The position numbers and the translations under genes were made by a program. A model generated the notes under the pieces. The model worked only from the letters and a program-made list of their open reading frames with translations. It ran no database searches and was not told the origin of the DNA. 64,000 bases of DNA from Eledone cirrhosa (Eukaryota): contig OZ024752.1 in NCBI GenBank assembly GCA_964016885.1, forward strand, positions 48,050,001-48,114,000, given 5' to 3'. Shown here piece after piece: positions 13,380-28,891 of this stretch. Position 1 is the stretch's first letter. Each line of letters starts with the position of its first letter.

Positions 13380-13829
13380 ATATATATGTATATATATATA
13401 TATACTTACATATATACACAAATATTATATATATATATATTATATATATATATATTATATATATATATATATACACATATATATATACATATATATATAG
13501 AGAGAGAGAAAGTGGGAGAGAGTGAGATTGATAGATAGCGAGTTATATAAATAGGTACACATATATGAGATTATATGCATATATATTTCTATATAAGCTT
13601 AGCAATATAGATGTATGTGTTTGTCTGCATGTATACATATGTATGTTTCTTTGTGAATGCATGTGCATGTGCTTAGTCATGTATTTTATAGTAAGTATGC
13701 ATGATCGCACACATGTATCAATGAATATACCCGCTAATATAAGTGAATTATGTGCATAAAAATTACATTTCTGTGGACCAGCCATGCATTCGAGAAAGAA
13801 AAATAACACACATATATATATATATATAT

Positions 13830-13862
<33 letters not shown>

Positions 13863-13867
<5 letters not shown>

Positions 13868-13911
13868 CAATATATATATATGTTTAAACATATACATATT
13901 TACACACACAC

Positions 13912-13953
<42 letters not shown>

Positions 13954-13997
13954 ATATAAGTATGTATATGTTTAAACATATATATATTGGAATATCT

Positions 13998-14035
<38 letters not shown>

Positions 14036-14040
14036 TATCT

Positions 14041-14093
<53 letters not shown>

Positions 14094-14357
14094 AAGTATG
14101 TATATGTTTAAATATATATATATATATTAGAATATCTGGTATATTTATATATATATGTGTGTGTGTAAGTATATATATGTTTAAATATATATATATATTA
14201 GAATATCTGGTATATTTATATATATATATGTGTAAGTATGTATATGTTTAAACATATATATATATATATATTAGAATATCTGGTATATATATTTATATAT
14301 ATATATGTGTGTGTGTAAGTATGTATATGTTTAAATATATATATATTAGAATATCTG

Positions 14358-14391
<34 letters not shown>

Positions 14392-14434
14392 ATAAGTATA
14401 TATATGTTTAAACATATATATATTGGAATATCTG

Positions 14435-14468
<34 letters not shown>

Positions 14469-14510
14469 ATAAGTATATATATGTTTAAACATATATATAT
14501 TGGAATATCT

Positions 14511-14559
<49 letters not shown>

Positions 14560-14647
14560 ATAAGTATATATATGTTTAAACATATATATATTAGAATATC
14601 TGGTATATTTATATATATATATGTGTGCATAAGTATATATATGTTTA

Positions 14648-14688
<41 letters not shown>

Positions 14689-14735
14689 TACTGGTATATT
14701 TATATATATATGTGTGTGTAAGTATATATATATAT
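13863..14735. repeat. Fold-back plus variable-length minisatellite (t.gaatatctgg(TA)n(TG)n taagta..tatatgtttaaa)
   Basis: About a dozen units; the first segment, 13863-13995, is an inverted repeat. Confidence 0.85.
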
Positions 14736-15062
14736 ATGGGTGGGGAGAGAAAGAGACTGGGAGGGAGAGAGAGAGACTGAGCATAAGCCGAGATTTCAGG
14801 GTTAGAAGATGAACAGATTCAATTTTTGGGGTTTATATCTATACTTATCATTATCTATCTAAATATATATGCATATTTATATATATTATATATATGCATA
14901 CATATATACATATATATGCATACATACATATATATGCATACATACATATATATGCATACATAAATACATACATATGCATACATACATATATATGAATACA
15001 TAAATATATATATATATAATATATATATATATACATACATACACACACATATACCTACATGT

Positions 15063-15107
<45 letters not shown>

Positions 15108-15865
15108 TATATATTTATATATATATACATATATACATAAACCCATGCTAGCATGGAAGATGGACGTTAAACGATGATGATCATATACATACATACATAT
15201 ATACATACATATATACATACATACATATATACATACATATATACATACATACATATATACATACATACATATATACATACATATATACATACATTCACAC
15301 ACACACACATAAATATATATATATTTCGTATATTTCATGTATATGTCAGTTTGTGCATGTGAATGTGTGTATGTGTGAAAATATCTTAGCTGATTGATTG
15401 ATAGACAAAAAAGGATATACTTCTATAGATGGATCATACTGATAACTTATTAGTTTAGTGTATAGAGGCTCGTTCACCTATTTCTAGCTATATATTCATG
15501 TAGATAATATGCATTAACAATTTTTCATGCAGAAATCTGTTATTTTGCAAACAGAATTAGTTGCTGCAAGCTAGTGCAACGTAAGGTTTGCCAAATTTGG
15601 TGATAAATAAATAAGTAGATAAAATATAAATATATATAAAAAAAAGCAACTGTAAGAAATATGATTTTACTTAACTTAGTCATAAAAAAAATATCAAAGA
15701 AAAATATGTAAGTTTTTTTTATTTATTTATAAGAAATTTGCTATATTAGCAGAAATAAGGAAAAATATAAAGTAATAATATTATTTAATCATAGAACACC
15801 TACTTTCATTGTCTTTGAGCACAAGTTGTTATTATTATTATTATTATTATTATTAATATTTAGTC

Positions 15866-16051
15866 TTGGCAGTATCGGTAGAGGGTCGGACACCATGCTT
15901 TGCAGCAAAGAGTTACGGCCCTTTATGAAGTGAGTTCAAATACTGCCGAGGTTAACTTTGCCGTTCATCCTTACGGGGTTGATAAAATAAAGTACCAGTG
16001 ATACACTAGGGTAATTGCTGGCCTTGAGCCAAAAGTAGAAACAATTATTAC
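15866..16051 (+). mobile_element. tRNA-derived SINE family 1 with 18-bp target-site duplication
   Basis: A-box-like tggcagtatcggta, B-box gagttcaaatac, (TTA) tail; TSD tattattaatatttagtc at 15848-15865 and 16052-16069. Confidence 0.85.
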
Positions 16052-16953
16052 TATTATTAATATTTAGTCAGGGAGCTAATAACAGTGCCAATGACCCTTT
16101 TGGGAAGCCTACAAGATTAATGGGCGAGAGAATGGGAAGACTCCTCAAATTGGTAACCTGCCCTGTACGGTGTTGTGTATTTTTACAATGTAGCTTTACT
16201 TGTTAGATTTTTATTGCTGAGTCTTCCTTTATTAGCAATGAGATCAATTGTATTGAAAAATGAATATAATTAGTTAGAAATCACGATTGCCGATGTTTTG
16301 ATTTCAAATGGACACTTTGTTTTTGTTAATGTTTCGTCAGTTAGAGAAGAATAGTGTCCTTGAACTTTTATGGGGCTTCTAAGACCTGTGAGAGAGAAGG
16401 AAGGAAGGAAGGATATATTCTCAAACTAGAGACCCTGCTTGAATGCTTGCAACAAAGTTAACACCACAAGAGGCATTCAAAGACCATGGGATGGGTGTGT
16501 TAACCCTTTCATTATAGGCCTACACCTTTCAATCTTAGTTCCTATATTCTGTCCTGGCACTTGCAAGTACATCATGTACACAGCACCACCATGTATATAC
16601 CCGTAAGATATGCATAAATCCTATGTATTTAGTAGTAAAATTCTTAATGATTAGTTTGAAATGTGGCTTATATTTTAAATATGATAGGTTTATTATAGTT
16701 TTGCATAGGCCTGATTTCATCAGACGGAGTACATCTTTGAACTGTCCACTTGCACTGCTAATGCAACATCACGGTCATCTGGTTTGGCTTGGCTCACATC
16801 TGGACAACTCATCTAACCCATACTAGCATGGGAAAATAGATGCTAAATGAGGATGATGATATCTCTCTCTCTCTATATATATATATATATTTGTGTGTGT
16901 GTGACAGCTCCCACCTCCAAGGTATATCTCGTTGGAGGTGTCTTGGGTAATTT

Positions 16954-17123
16954 AATGATAGGGACCCCAGTCCCTATCATCTCGTTTCTACAGCTGAGTA
17001 AACTGGAGCATTGTGAAATAAAGTGTCTTGCTCAAGGAAACAACACATCACCCGGTCCGATAATTGAACTCACAACCTTTCGATTGCAAGCCCAATGCTC
17101 TAACCACTAAGCCACGCGCCTTC
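16954..17123 (-). mobile_element. SINE family 2, 5' half
   Basis: Matches the family 2 head and core; ends at the internal hairpin. Confidence 0.85.
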
Positions 17124-17258
17124 ACAATATATATATATATATATATGACTCCAGTTTCTCATAGAAACAACAACCCAACCAGGACCTGGGCATATCAGAG
17201 TATTGACAAAGTTAACACCTCAACAACATGTGTACTTGTCTATACCACACTAATTCGG

Positions 17259-17313
17259 ACTGCCTGAAGAGGTCACAGCCAAAGATGGCTGTCACTGAAA
17301 TATATATAGCAGT
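17259..17313 (+). ncRNA. Type I hammerhead ribozyme motif
   Basis: actgc-CTGAAGA-ggtcacagcc(aaagat)ggctgtcact-GAAA-tatata-TA-gcagt. Stem I actgc/gcagt, palindromic stem III, followed directly by aataaa. Confidence 0.75.
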
Positions 17314-17654
17314 AATAAACAAAGCCAAATTTTAAATATTTGACTTATTTATTTTAGTTTATTTTACATTACTCCGGAGTAACCAAACAAACCTACGCAC
17401 TTCGTCGAGTGCTCTAATCTGCATACTGAGGTGTCGGCAAACAACCAACATATACTAAAAATATATATATATTTGAAAAAAAGGAAAAGAATGACTTCAC
17501 TTGTAGTGTTAAAAAATTTTTGATTTAATTTTATATTATAATATTATGAGTTGGTAGATCCAGTAAGTTCTTTGTTAACTTCGGTGGAAAGAATTTTATA
17601 TATATATATATTAATTCAAAATATTAACAAAATAGATATTCTTGTGATCAAGTA

Positions 17655-17721
17655 TATTTTATTATACATATTTCAGAAGTACTGAGTTAACTTCAACAGT
17701 ACGTCCTCATCAGATAAAATA
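17655..17721 (-). ncRNA. Type I hammerhead ribozyme motif
   Basis: Minus strand: tattttat-CTGATGA-ggacgtactg(ttgaagttaact)cagtacttct-GAAA-tatgta-TA-ataaaata; 8-bp stem I. Confidence 0.72.
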
Positions 17722-17928
17722 AGATGATGCATGACATACCCTGACATAGTAGATGGTTAAGATTCAGTCCTGGTAGTGAGTAATATATGACAAAACTCAA
17801 TATTTATACACCTTAATATTGAGAACATGAGAAAAATATATAATACATACAATAGAGAGGGTGCGTGTGAGACAGCTTAAAAAATACTCATTCTTTGATT
17901 TATTCATTGAACCCTGTTTAACTTTTAA

Positions 17929-18114
<186 letters not shown>

Positions 18115-19203
18115 GAGTATCTTGTAATTAAAAAATGAATAGTAATTCTGTCAAGCTTTAACTCTAAAATAATTGTTTCTACTTTTGGCACAAGGCCAGC
18201 AATTACCCAGTACATGACTGGTACTTTATTTTATCCCTAAAATAATGAATTTGAAACCTTTCTAGCTTGTTCACTTATTTTAACACTTTCTGTATATATA
18301 ATTGTACCTTTTCCTTATATGTAGATATTTATTAGCATCTTAATATGTATATACACACACACTCATATATATATGTGTGTGTATATATATATATGAATTA
18401 CGTGTATATGGTTATGTAATTGCATGCAACCCTTTGACACAAATCTGGAAAAGTTTATTACCATGAGCATGAGTTCTTAAGGCACCTAAATTCTGTTGCA
18501 ACTTCTGTAGTGTGATTCAAGAGAAACCCAGGCAATACATCTGGCAGCAATTTGGCAGCTCTGGCAGATAGAACTAAGGGTCATTTCCAAAATCACTATG
18601 CAATACCTGTAACATGGTAAATATTTAATCACTATTTATTTCATGTATAGATGAAATAAGTAGAATCCTTACATCATTTCTTGCTTGACAATTCATAATC
18701 ATAGGTGATGAGCTTTATTAAATTCAGAAGGGGAAGTAAATGGTACATTAATGCTTCTTCCAGATGCCTTAATAATACACCAAAGCTAACCCTTTACTGA
18801 AGCACATGTATCAATAGAGTCACTCGTTATCTCTTATTTCCATAACATTAAGTGGCTAGAGTTAATCTATCCTGAAATAGGATACTGCCCTGTCACAATT
18901 ACTTACACAAATAATATCTAGACTTTCTATAGCAAAATTAGGTCATAAACATGGTATATTTCTATTTCATGGGATACCTTGTTATCTGCTCTAGCTATGT
19001 GTATACTGAGTTCAAATCCTGCCTTCTGTCACAGAAAATGGAATGACACTTGTTAGGAGTTACAACTATCAGTTTAGTTTAGATATCAGCAATGGAATAA
19101 CTAATGAACACATTGTTTCCTTAGTTCAATCAGGAAAATTGGTTTCTTTCTTTATTTTTTTCTTCAATGACAAATTCATAACCTCTGAAGCAGGAATAAT
19201 AAT

Positions 19204-19464
19204 GATTTCTAGTATAGGTACAAGGCCAGCAATTACCCAGTACATTGATTTCTACTATAGGCACAAGGCCAGTAATTTGGGAGGAGGGGAAAGTCGATTA
19301 AATCGACCCCAGTATGTTACTGGTGCTTTATTTTATCGACTGCATAAGGATGAAAAGCAAAGTTAACCTCGGCGGGATTTGAACTCAGAACGTAAAGGGC
19401 TGTAACTCTATGCTGCAAAGCATGGTGTCTGACTCTCTACCGATACTGCCAATCCGCCGCCCTC
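19204..19464 (-). mobile_element. Full-length SINE family 1 with duplicated 3' end and 17-bp TSD
   Basis: Homologous to 15866-16051; TSD gaagcaggaataataat at 19187-19203 and 19465-19481. Confidence 0.85.
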
Positions 19465-19471
19465 GAAGCAG

Positions 19472-19481
<10 letters not shown>

Positions 19482-19504
<23 letters not shown>

Positions 19505-19680
19505 AAATTATTGTGTACAGTGCTCAGGTGCACAACAACTCATCAAAGGTGCATGTATAGTACAGAGAATAATGTACGAATGTCAGGAAAGTGAACAGTG
19601 TATGAATCATGATCTACACAGAGACACATACGTGTGTGCGTGAGTATGGAGGGGAATATCAGGTGTAGTTTTGGCAAATT
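19482..19680 (-). repeat. Dispersed repeat with (TAA)n end, probable retroelement 3' end
   Basis: aataatgaaaat.attgtgtacagtgctcaggtgcac.acaactcatcaaa also occurs at 1621-1745. Confidence 0.55.
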
Positions 19681-21474
19681 ATGATAATATATCCTTGTTA
19701 CAGGAATACACACACACAAACATTATTCCATCACGAATATAGAAACCTATTATAGAGAAAGATAGAATAATGTTATGAAAGACAGTAAAGTAGATTTATC
19801 TTCACTTATTTACAAGACAACCAAGACATGTCTCTGTGTTTTCTTGTTAGTTAAATACTATTATACTAATCATGACATTTTAATAGTAGATTGCAATGAG
19901 TGATTAAGACAATGTTGGATATAATGATTAATATTTGCAAATTCTGACTGCAAATTGACTAGAAGTAAAAATATGACAGCTTACTACAAATATTCAATGC
20001 AAATTTTCATTTTCAAATGGATGTAATAATGACTAGGAGTCAATTTTAATTTGATATAAATGCCGAAGAATAAATTCCATCTCAACACAGTGATTATGGA
20101 ACATATTTGAATAGGATACAATCATTATGAGTTTGTTTTGACAACATGGCAAATAAATAGAAATTTTAGTCACCACAAAGTACAGATTTAAATGTTGATT
20201 TAAAAAAAAAGAAAACTGACATATTAGCAATCTTGACATAATCATTATACCATTGTCATGATTTTGGACAATTTAAATGTCTTGTTTCCACCTACTGAAA
20301 TAGGTTAGATGAAAATATCATTCAAAACAATAACAGTTCTTAGATTAGTGCAGCAGTTTATGTCATATCTCAAAATAATATTTAAATAGTTGATAACCAT
20401 ACCAACTAAATTACTCTTACTTTATTCTTGTAAATATGGTCAATATCACCATACATTTTTATTTGAATTGTTTTCTCAAGCCAGGAATTTTATTTATTAT
20501 TGGTTTCTCAATCTGTTATTATTTTTTTTATAGTGTCCTTCACTATTCCTCATTCTAAATCATGTTTCCATAATTGATTTAATGTCTGAACTACAATACT
20601 CCATGTTATATTTGTACTACTTTCACTCACCATAGAAAACAATTATGTCCTCTTCATTTTCTGTTTAGATTTATTTTTTTTAATTATTCTTAGAAATCCT
20701 TCATCACACTGCCAACTCATTGTAGAGTCACTTATATATCAAGTCTTGTTTTGTTTTTACATCCTATACTCACATTTTGCTCAGTCGTCACTAAAGCTAA
20801 TACAAGTTTAAGATTGAGATGAAAATCAAAATGTGAATATATGATTGACACACAGATGAGTGCTTGCCAGTGTACTCCTGTTTTTATTCTTTGGCTCACC
20901 ATAAATCCATGTTGTTACACATCTGCTGTCATAGCCCAGACTGAAAGACAAACCCTTTAAGCAAAATTAAACTCTTGTTAATTTCAAGAGTTTGCCCTTG
21001 TTTATATAAAGCAGCAAGTCAGTCCATTCTGTGTTGCCTCCTGCCATTGAAAGTGAAGAGTCTCAACCTTAGCTCCACTAATGTGACATACTATAACTGT
21101 TGACCCCTGCTTCCCCAACACCACCACTGGTCTAATTTGTCTGCTATATTCTATCAACATCAACTAAACTCTCTACTGTCATTAGTGATGTAATAGGAAC
21201 TTATATTTACAATTAGCAGGCAGATGTATTATTATAATAGGGAAGACAATTTGTCGTGTTGTTCAATTTGATATCTTTTCACGTTTTTATCCCTTTAATC
21301 CTTTCTTCACTGTTTAATAACCTAAATCACCTTTAATGAGCTTTAGTGAATGAAACAAACCTGTCATTATCTGCTTCATTCTCTCTAACAGCAACTTGTT
21401 ACTAAGGTATATTTTCACAAAGAATGGATCTATTGTAAAAGGAATTACATCCAGCTAGTCATTAGTTTGCTTAA

Positions 21475-21950
21475 CCCTTGTGAAACCAAACTGTCTGGAA
21501 CCGTTTATAGATCTACAATATTTTTAAGTGATTGATTTATTTAAAATTTTTCCATTATAATTTTATGAAAGAATCATTATTAACCCCTTAGGATTTACAT
21601 TACTCTATATATACTATTGTATGTTTGCGGTAAAGGCTTTATCTTACATAATTATCTCACATAATGTCGAATCTATGAAATTCTGATGTTATTTATATTG
21701 AGAACAATACCTTAATGTTATTATCGGGGGCCAGTTATGGCCAGTTTGTACAGAAAGAGGTGAGAGAATTCTGGCCGGATATGACGAGTTTAAATGCTAA
21801 AGGGTTAAGTCATGCTCCCAAAACACCAGTTTAATAATGAGAAAGTTAGTTATATTATTATATTTCAATCCCTCCAAATTAATGATTACTTTCCAAATAA
21901 TTTGAAAATCAAAGACAGTATTTTTCATTAGAAATATAACAACAAACAGG
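21475..21950 (+). mobile_element. MITE family B containing a family A copy
   Basis: ttaa-cccttgtgaaaccaaac ... cattagaaatataacaacaaacagg-ttaa. Confidence 0.65.
21584..21804 (+). mobile_element. MITE family A
   Basis: TTAA-flanked and homologous to 9793-9999. Degenerate copy at ~43600-43806, partial at ~22220-22270. Confidence 0.82.
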
Positions 21951-22996
21951 TTAATATGAAGATAGGAATTGCAAATGAATCAGAAAAGAATAATTCATTG
22001 CAACAGATTCGAACAAATTTTACAGGATGAGACTTACAATTATTATCATTGTTGTTGTTTTAAACGGTGTGGGTTGGGAGATCCACTGAAGGCTATTTAG
22101 TTACAACACTTTACATTCAAGTCCTGACATGGTCAATTTTATCTGTCTAGTCTTGAGGTCAGTTTAATTGACTTTCCCTTGCCTCCAAATTTCATGAATT
22201 ACTATTATGTATTTCTGGTTTAACCCTTTAGCATTTATATTAGTCTATATTTAGTATTGTATTTTCACAGTTATTATAACAATAGACTTCTCTAAAAGTC
22301 TAAAGCCTATCTGAAGCCTGGAAGCTCAATAGGTTGGTGCTTATCTTGGCTTACCTGACACTAAGCAACTGAGAGTACACAAATCACCCTTGTCCAGGAT
22401 AACAGTCCATCACAGAGTTAATTCCCCAGCTATAACTGGTAGATATTTCCAGCTGAGTATACTGAAGCAACAGAAAATGAATTGTATTGCTCAAGAACAC
22501 AACTCATAACCCAGTCCAAGAATCAAACCCAGGACATTACGATCGTAATTCCAACACCTTAACCACAGAATTTTAAAGAAAAAATCCCATCTGGTTCATG
22601 ATGTTGCTTTTCTTGTGATTTAACCCGAGGACAAACCTAACCAAGCACTACTATTATGAAAGGTATTCCAGCTATATCCATAACTACATTAAGCAAAGTA
22701 GCCTTCCTTTTTCAAGATGGTCAGATGAGATGGGAAGGAGATGTGGCTGTTAGTTCTAGCTAGTCAAGCAACCACACAGAGGAAAACGGATTGGCATCTT
22801 CTGCTTCATGCTGTCTCAATAGAGACAAGCCAATGTCTTAATGAGCTTCAGTACATGTTTGTTTACTTCTTGCTTACATGGCAAGAAAAAATAGAAAGGA
22901 CCAAAAATAGTTTTTTTCTTGTAGAAACATTTATGAGCTATGGGCCAGCTGTTTGCTGCCTCAGCCACTCATCTCATCCATTGGACAATGGTGAGG

Positions 22997-23052
<56 letters not shown>

Positions 23053-23101
23053 ATACATACACACACATATATATATATAGACACATATATATATACACAC
23101 A

Positions 23102-23149
<48 letters not shown>

Positions 23150-23387
23150 CATGCACCCACCCATACACACTCGCATATATGTATCCTTTTATTACCATTT
23201 CCTCTTTCTCTCCCTTTCTCTTTGGTCGGTCATATTCCTTTATGTCACATGATGCCAACTCTGGGGCGCTAGCTAAAAAAATCGGACATAATTACTTTCT
23301 CACTTAGCTTCAACATAGGATTAGCAGACCAGTGTAGGAAGAAAGTGGATAGAGAGCTGCAGTGAGAGTGCCTCTCTGCTTCATACC

Positions 23388-24350
23388 ACACACAAGTGCA
23401 TAGATAAACACACAAACATACACACAAATACATACACAAACATACACACAAGTATACACACAAGTACATACACAAACATACACACAAATATATAAACACA
23501 CACACAAATACATACATAAACACACAAACATACACACAAATACATACACAAACATACACACAAGTATACACACAAACATACACACAAATATATAAACACA
23601 CACACAAATACATACATAAACACACAAACATACACACAAGTACACACACAAACATACACAGAAATACATAAACACACACAAATGCATAGATAAACACACA
23701 AACATACACACAAATACATACACAAACATACACACAAGTATACACACAAGTACACACACAAACATACACACAAATACATAAACACACAAACATACACAAA
23801 AATACATACATAACACACACAAACATACACACTAGTACACACATAAACATACACACAAATACATAAACACACACACACATACACACAAATACATACATAA
23901 ACACACACAAGTACACACAAATCCATACACAAACACACACACAAGTACACACAAACATACACACAAATACATAAACACACACACAAACATACACAAAAAT
24001 ACATACATAACACACACAAACATACACACAAGTACACACAAATACATACACAAACATACACACAAGTACACACACAAACATACACAAAAATACATACATA
24101 ACACACACAAACATACACACAAGTACACACATAAACACACACACAAACATACACACAAATACATACATAAACACACACAAAGATAAATGCACACAAACAC
24201 ACATAAATACACACAAACACACACAAACACACATAAACACACACAAAAACACATATATACACATAAACACATAAACACAAATAAACAGGCAGATACACAC
24301 AGACACACACAGACAAACACACACACACAGATACACACAAACACGCACAC
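23388..24350. repeat. CA-rich compound minisatellite
   Basis: cacacaaacatacacacaaatacata variants. Confidence 0.92.
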
Positions 24351-24579
24351 AATGGGGGGGGGGAGAAATCCAAAGTAGCAAGGAGAATAACAAGAATTAT
24401 AATAACACAATCTCACCCAATCTTTTGTTAGATTTATTGCTTGTTGTTGTTGTTGTTGCTGCTGTTGTTGCTGTTGCTGCTATTGTTGTTGTTGTTGCTG
24501 CTGTTGTGTTAACAGTAATATTCTTTTAGTTATTGTGTTGTTTATTATGTTATTCATTTTGCTATCATTTTGCTGTTAT

Positions 24580-24610
<31 letters not shown>

Positions 24611-24635
24611 GTATATATATATATGTGTGTGTGTG

Positions 24636-24698
<63 letters not shown>

Positions 24699-24719
24699 GT
24701 GTGTGTGTGTGCATATATA

Positions 24720-24765
<46 letters not shown>

Positions 24766-24823
24766 TATATATATACACATATATATATATATATATATAA
24801 ATAAATATATATATATACATATA

Positions 24824-24857
<34 letters not shown>

Positions 24858-24865
24858 CACATATA

Positions 24866-24897
<32 letters not shown>

Positions 24898-24988
24898 CAT
24901 ATACACATATATATATATACATATACACATATATATATACATATACACATATATATATACATATACATATATACATATATATATATAT

Positions 24989-25041
<53 letters not shown>

Positions 25042-25052
25042 CATATACACAC

Positions 25053-25083
<31 letters not shown>

Positions 25084-25274
25084 GCTGCGGCTCGAGCTTC
25101 GACTATGATGTACTTCCATTTATATATTTATATATATGTGTATATATATATATATATATATGTGTGTATATATATATTATTGTTATTAGTATTATTATCA
25201 TAACCATCATCATCACTGTTTTCTTGTCTTTTCTTTATCTTACCATTATTCAGTATGTATATGTCCAGTTGTTC

Positions 25275-25348
<74 letters not shown>

Positions 25349-25961
25349 AGTTTAGAGTAAGTACAACAATGGATCACAGTATGTCAAAAGAAGGGACTAA
25401 AACCAAGGGATCTGGCTATAAAGGATTGCCTCAAAGTATCCCATCCAACCCATGCCAGCATGGAAAAGTTGACGTGAAAATGCTGATTATATGTGTGTAT
25501 ATATATATATATATCTATATATATATATATATTACATATATATATTTATATTACATATATATATTTATATATATATATATAACATATATATATTTATATA
25601 TATAAAGATATATATAAAGATGTATATACATATATATATAAAGATATATATACATATATACATATATATATACATATACACATATATACATATACACACA
25701 TATATATATACATATATACATATACATATATACATATATACATAGATACACATACATATATACATACATATACATATATACATATACACATATACACATA
25801 TACATATACACATACATATATACATATATACATATACACATATATATATAGATATACATATATACATATATACATATACACATATATATATAGATATAGA
25901 TATACATATATATGTATATATCTTTTACTTGTACATCTTTATCTGCATGATAGTTATTGTT

Positions 25962-26612
25962 ATCATCATCACCACCACCACCACCATCACTACCACCATC
26001 ACCACCACTACCACTACCACTACCACCACCACCACCATCACCATCATCATCACCACTATCACCACTATCACCACCACCTTCACCACCATCTTCACCATCA
26101 TCATCACCACTATCACCACCACCACCACCATCACCATCTTCACCATCATCATCACCACTATCACCACCACCACCACCATCTTCACCATCATCATCACCAC
26201 TATCACCACCACCATCACCATCTTCATCATCATCACCACTATCACCACCACCACCACCATCACCATCTTCACCACCATCATCTTCACCATCACCATCACT
26301 ATCACCACCACCATCTTCACCACCACCTTCACCACCACCATCTTCACAACCACCACCACCACAACCATCACCACCACCATCATCATCATCACTATCACCA
26401 CCACCATCACCACCTTCACCACCACACCACCTTCACCACACCACACCACCACACCACCAACATCATCATCACTATCACCACCACCTTCACCACCAACATC
26501 ATCATCTTCACCACCACCACCACAACCATCACCTTCACCACCTTCACCACCACCACCACCACCACCACACCACCACCACCACCACCACACCACACCACCA
26601 CACCACCACCAC
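25962..26612. repeat. (CAC/CAT)n trinucleotide low-complexity tract
   Basis: Direct reading of the sequence. Confidence 0.92.
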
Positions 26613-26860
26613 CTCCCATTAAGGTGGTCTATTGTCAGAGAGCTATTGTTATTAGCTTCATGGGAAATGTTATCTTTTGAGTGATAAAGTATGCATGCAA
26701 ATGTCATTTTCTGACTTACACACATACGTGTGTGTTTCAACTTAGATATGCATTTATCGAAGACATGCAGTTACATTCCAATTAGGGAATAAATTACTCC
26801 CCCCCCCTCTCTCTCTCTCCCTACTATGTGATACTTCTATCATTCCTAACCGATATCACT

Positions 26861-26910
<50 letters not shown>

Positions 26911-26913
26911 TCT

Positions 26914-26960
<47 letters not shown>

Positions 26961-27361
26961 ATTATATATATATATGTATATGTATATATATATAATTATA
27001 TATATATATGGATATATACATATATATATATATATAAATAATTATATATATGGATATATACATATATATATATATAATTATATATTTATACATATATACA
27101 TATATATATACATATATATACATATATATATACATATATATACATACATATATACATACATATATATATACATACATATATACATACATATATACATACA
27201 TATATACATACATACATATATACATACATACATATATATATACACATATATATACATATGTATATACATATATATACACATGTATATACATATATGTACA
27301 TATGTATATACATATATGTACATATGTATATACATATATATATATACATACATATATATAT

Positions 27362-27392
<31 letters not shown>

Positions 27393-27443
27393 CATACATA
27401 TATATATATATAGATGTATTACATATATTATATATACATATAT

Positions 27444-27474
<31 letters not shown>

Positions 27475-27726
27475 GATGTATTACATATATTATATATATA
27501 TATACATACATACATACATACATATATATACATATGCATTACATACATGTATTGCTGTGAGATGTTCAAACATACACATATCCACTTATCAATCTATTCA
27601 TACTCCATATGATGACATACAAAGGAATATGAATGAGTATCTACTATTGTAAAACTGTTTGTATAAACCACTCAAGAGCATGCCTTAATACACACACACA
27701 CACCTATATATATATATACACACACC

Positions 27727-27794
<68 letters not shown>

Positions 27795-28107
27795 TGGCTT
27801 CTGTGCTCATGACAAAAGGAAGACATGCAAAAGAAGAGAAATAAATTGTTTTTTTTTTCTTCATACTACCCTAATCATCAGGAAGTTTCCACCTCTAATG
27901 TTCCACTGTATTGACACTTTGATGAAAAGAAAGAAGAAAATACAGCTTAAACTGTCAACTTCAACACTCAACAAAATAGGCCCAATGCAGATTTGATTGC
28001 TCATCACTGACTGATAACAGCAGTTATGTTCCAAATGGTTTATTTGCCTGTTAACATTTTATTTCTTTAACAGACTAAACAAGAAGTATTTGACAGTTTT
28101 TATTTAA

Positions 28108-28568
28108 CCCTTTCGTTACTATATTTCTAATGAGAAACACGACAAATAATTTCCAAATAATTTTGAAAATAATCAAGTATTTTCAGTGATTTAGTAATAT
28201 AACTTCTTTTTATATATTATTATCAACCCTTTAGCATTTATTTCTTACTTCTTTCTGTTCAAACTGGTTGTAACTGGCTGCTCATACTGATTTTAAGGCA
28301 TTGTTCTCAAAATAAATAACATCAGAATCACATAGATTCAATATTATGTGAGATAATTATGTACCACAAAAATAGAGTAGTATATGTAGATTAATGTAAA
28401 TGCTAAAGGGTTAAACTATTTCAGGATTGATTTCATGCAGCTTAGTATCCATATACATGGTTAACAAAGGTTCTTACATAACATGTTAAAGGTTCTTACA
28501 TAAAATAATAAAGACTTTTAAATAAGCATCTTCATATTTTAGTCCTAGGAGCTTTGGTATCAAAAGGG
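28108..28568 (-). mobile_element. MITE family B containing a family A copy
   Basis: ttaa-ccctttcgttactatatttctaatg ... tttggtatcaaaaggg-ttac. Confidence 0.65.
28227..28410 (-). mobile_element. MITE family A (internally deleted)
   Basis: ccctttagcattta...taaatgctaaaggg followed by ttaa. Confidence 0.8.
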
Positions 28569-28572
28569 TTAC

Positions 28573-28891
28573 CCCTTTAACATTTACATTACTCTATATA
28601 TACTATTATATTTTCATGGTACATGCTTTACTTCACATAGTATCGAATCTATGAGATTTTGATCATCATCATCATCACCGTTTTACGTCCATTCTTCCAC
28701 GCGGCCATGGGTTGGACGGGTTGTCCTGTTGTGGGCAGTGACGGGTTGGGTGCCCTTGTCTTGCTCATACGGGAACTGATTTTTGATATTTATTTTGAGA
28801 ACAATACCTTTAACATCAGTATGAGTGGCTGGTTACAGCAGGTTTGAACAGAAAGAGGTGAGAGAATTCTGGCTGGATATGGCCAGTTTAA
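28573..28891 (+). mobile_element. MITE family A carrying an RTE-tail insertion (~28663-28777)
   Basis: Homologous to 9793-9999; interrupted by (CAT)n-ccgttttacgtcc... and, at a subterminal TTAA, by another family A copy. Confidence 0.75.
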
